From an uncultured Planctomycetota bacterium (GTDB lineage Bacteria; Planctomycetota; Phycisphaerae; Tepidisphaerales; Tepidisphaeraceae), in assembly GCA_963841915.1 (NCBI GenBank), contig CAWJEN010000005.1, positions 320,001 through 384,000 of the forward strand: 64,000 nucleotides of DNA. The letters run 5' to 3'. Every line of letters begins with the position of its first letter. Position 1 is the first letter of the stretch. Positions 62,742 to 64,000 of this stretch are shown here, piece by piece. A model generated the notes under the pieces. That model did not search any database. It saw only the letters and a program-made list of their open reading frames with translations, and was not told where the DNA came from. A program made the translations under genes and the position numbers.

Positions 62742-62825
62742 ACAAGGGTCGGCCTGAAACAGCTGGCCCGCATCAAACCCCCCCACCCGGCGCGGCCTGC
62801 TACTTGTTAGCAGGTCGCGTCTTTT
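62742..62825 (+). ncRNA. Candidate C-rich small RNA, copy 2 (about 84 nt)
   Basis: Promoter, 5' hairpin 62746-62769, CCCCCCCACCC, 14-bp terminator stem 62789-62821, TTTT. Confidence 0.6.
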
Positions 62826-62907
62826 CGTAGTGGTCTCAGGCGGCGGTGCGGGGGCGAACCGGTGAGGCCGACTGTCCGCCCGTCGGTCGCTGGCCGATAC
62901 ACCGACC

Positions 62908-63225
62908 ATGGCCGACCGCTTTAAGGAATTAACCCGTCTGCTCGAACGTGAGCCGGGCGATCCGTTCCTCCGTTACGCCCTTGCGATGGAGCACAAGAAG
63001 GCGGGCCGGCTCGATGACGCACTCGAGTGGCTGAGCAAGACGCTCGAGGCCGACAGCTCCTACTGCTACGCCTACTACCAGCGGGGCCAGATCTTTGAGC
63101 AGCAGGATCAGATGCCCGACGCCCGCAAGGTGTACGAGGACGGCATCAAGGCTGCCAAGAAGTGCGGCGACGCCCACGCCGCCGGCGAGATTCAGGTAGC
63201 GCTCGACCTGCTCGACGACGAATAG
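62908..63225 (+). CDS. Small TPR-repeat protein
   Basis: PGDPFLRYALAME, YCYAYYQRGQ. Confidence 0.85.
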   Translation: MADRFKELTRLLEREPGDPFLRYALAMEHKKAGRLDDALEWLSKTLEADSSYCYAYYQRGQIFEQQDQMPDARKVYEDGIKAAKKCGDAHAAGEIQVALDLLDDE

Positions 63226-63237
63226 CCGAGTCGTCTG

Positions 63238-63807
63238 TTATTCCTGCATGAGGTCGTCGACGATGGCCGCCGCTCCGCTCGGATCGAGCCCATGGTGGCT
63301 GCCGTCGGCTGCGTCGCTCTGCGCCGTCGGATTGAGCAGTGACCCTGGGTCCATCGGCGGCAGGCCCGTGACCTCCGTCAAGGCCGCCGCTGCCCGCTCG
63401 GCCGGTGGAACCAGCAGATCAAACGGCTCACCGTCGACCTGCACCACGAACGTCAGGTTCCCAATCGTTACACGATCACCCGGCAGTAGTGGGGATTCCT
63501 GGACACGCCTGTTGTTGACGAAGGTGCCGTTGGAGCTGCCAAGATCCTGAAGCGTGAGCGACTTGTCGTCTCGCCTGACAATGCAGTGCCGGCGACTGAC
63601 ATCACCGAGCGGGATCCGCAGGCCGCAATCCTCGCGACGACCGATAACGGTTTCCTGAAGCGTCAGATCAAACTGCCGATTAGAGCCGCCGGCACGGAGC
63701 AGGACGAGTGCGACTTTCTGACTGTCCTCGACAGGGGTTGCGTCAGCGTTCGTCGGCACCCGGGCCGGTGGCTGAGGTACTGGCGGTGGGACGGGTGGTC
63801 TCTGCAT
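63238..63807 (-). CDS. FHA domain protein
   Basis: IGR, VSRRH, DLGSSNGTFVN; ATG 63807. Confidence 0.88.
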   Translation of the reverse strand: MQRPPVPPPVPQPPARVPTNADATPVEDSQKVALVLLRAGGSNRQFDLTLQETVIGRREDCGLRIPLGDVSRRHCIVRRDDKSLTLQDLGSSNGTFVNNRRVQESPLLPGDRVTIGNLTFVVQVDGEPFDLLVPPAERAAAALTEVTGLPPMDPGSLLNPTAQSDAADGSHHGLDPSGAAAIVDDLMQE

Positions 63808-63973
63808 TGGTGATGGCCCGTTACCGCGTGCAAGCCTGTCGTAACGTAGCAAACGCGACGAGATTCGACAACAGCCTGCCCAGGTTATCGGAGCAACTCT
63901 TGGGCCGGTGGCGCGTCTACTGCCGGCGGCCACACCGGTGGGGCCGTCAAACCTGTCAGGAACAGGAGACACT

Positions 63974-64000
63974 TTGTCGGTTGCCGATCCTTTCAACTTT
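63974..64000 (+). CDS. Possible start of a CDS running off the window (MSVADPFNF...)
   Basis: AGGAG at 63964-63968, TTG at 63974, open to window end; only 9 codons visible. Confidence 0.3.

Overview
High-GC bacterial chromosome segment, very likely Planctomycetota (Phycisphaerae-like). The evidence is two PEP-CTERM proteins, a prepilin-type DUF1559-like gene, ATQP-rich lipoprotein linkers and the absence of rpmD from the spc cluster. The core is the S10-spc-alpha ribosomal cluster (35.2-51.8 kb, minus strand). Housekeeping genes include argB, argF, coaX, recQ, sodA, a PII gene, an ABC exporter, two rhomboids and GT2/GT9 glycosyltransferases. Three parS palindromes (9.6-10.9 kb) suggest the window is near the origin. 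Most notable: (1) two unannotated elements sharing CCCCCCACCC-GG[covarying stem]TC-TTTT, one with a complete sigma70-type promoter, i.e. a candidate C-rich sRNA family; (2) a circularly permuted ATP-grasp / alpha-E / two-transglutaminase locus with a 15-Gln tail, an upstream M20 peptidase and an inserted 3-gene cassette; (3) a divergent heme-copper oxidase lacking canonical proton-channel residues; (4) degenerate RnfC- and RnfD-like genes with no rnfABEG in the window; (5) TAnnnT boxes 5-7 nt before at least 12 start codons, suggesting leaderless mRNAs; (6) a ~320-nt hairpin-rich spacer between rpsJ and rplC. Three single-base frameshifts (recQ, rplQ tail, one PEP-CTERM gene) most simply reflect assembly indels. 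No rRNA, tRNA, CRISPR array or transposase was seen. All calls come from manual reading; no searches were run.
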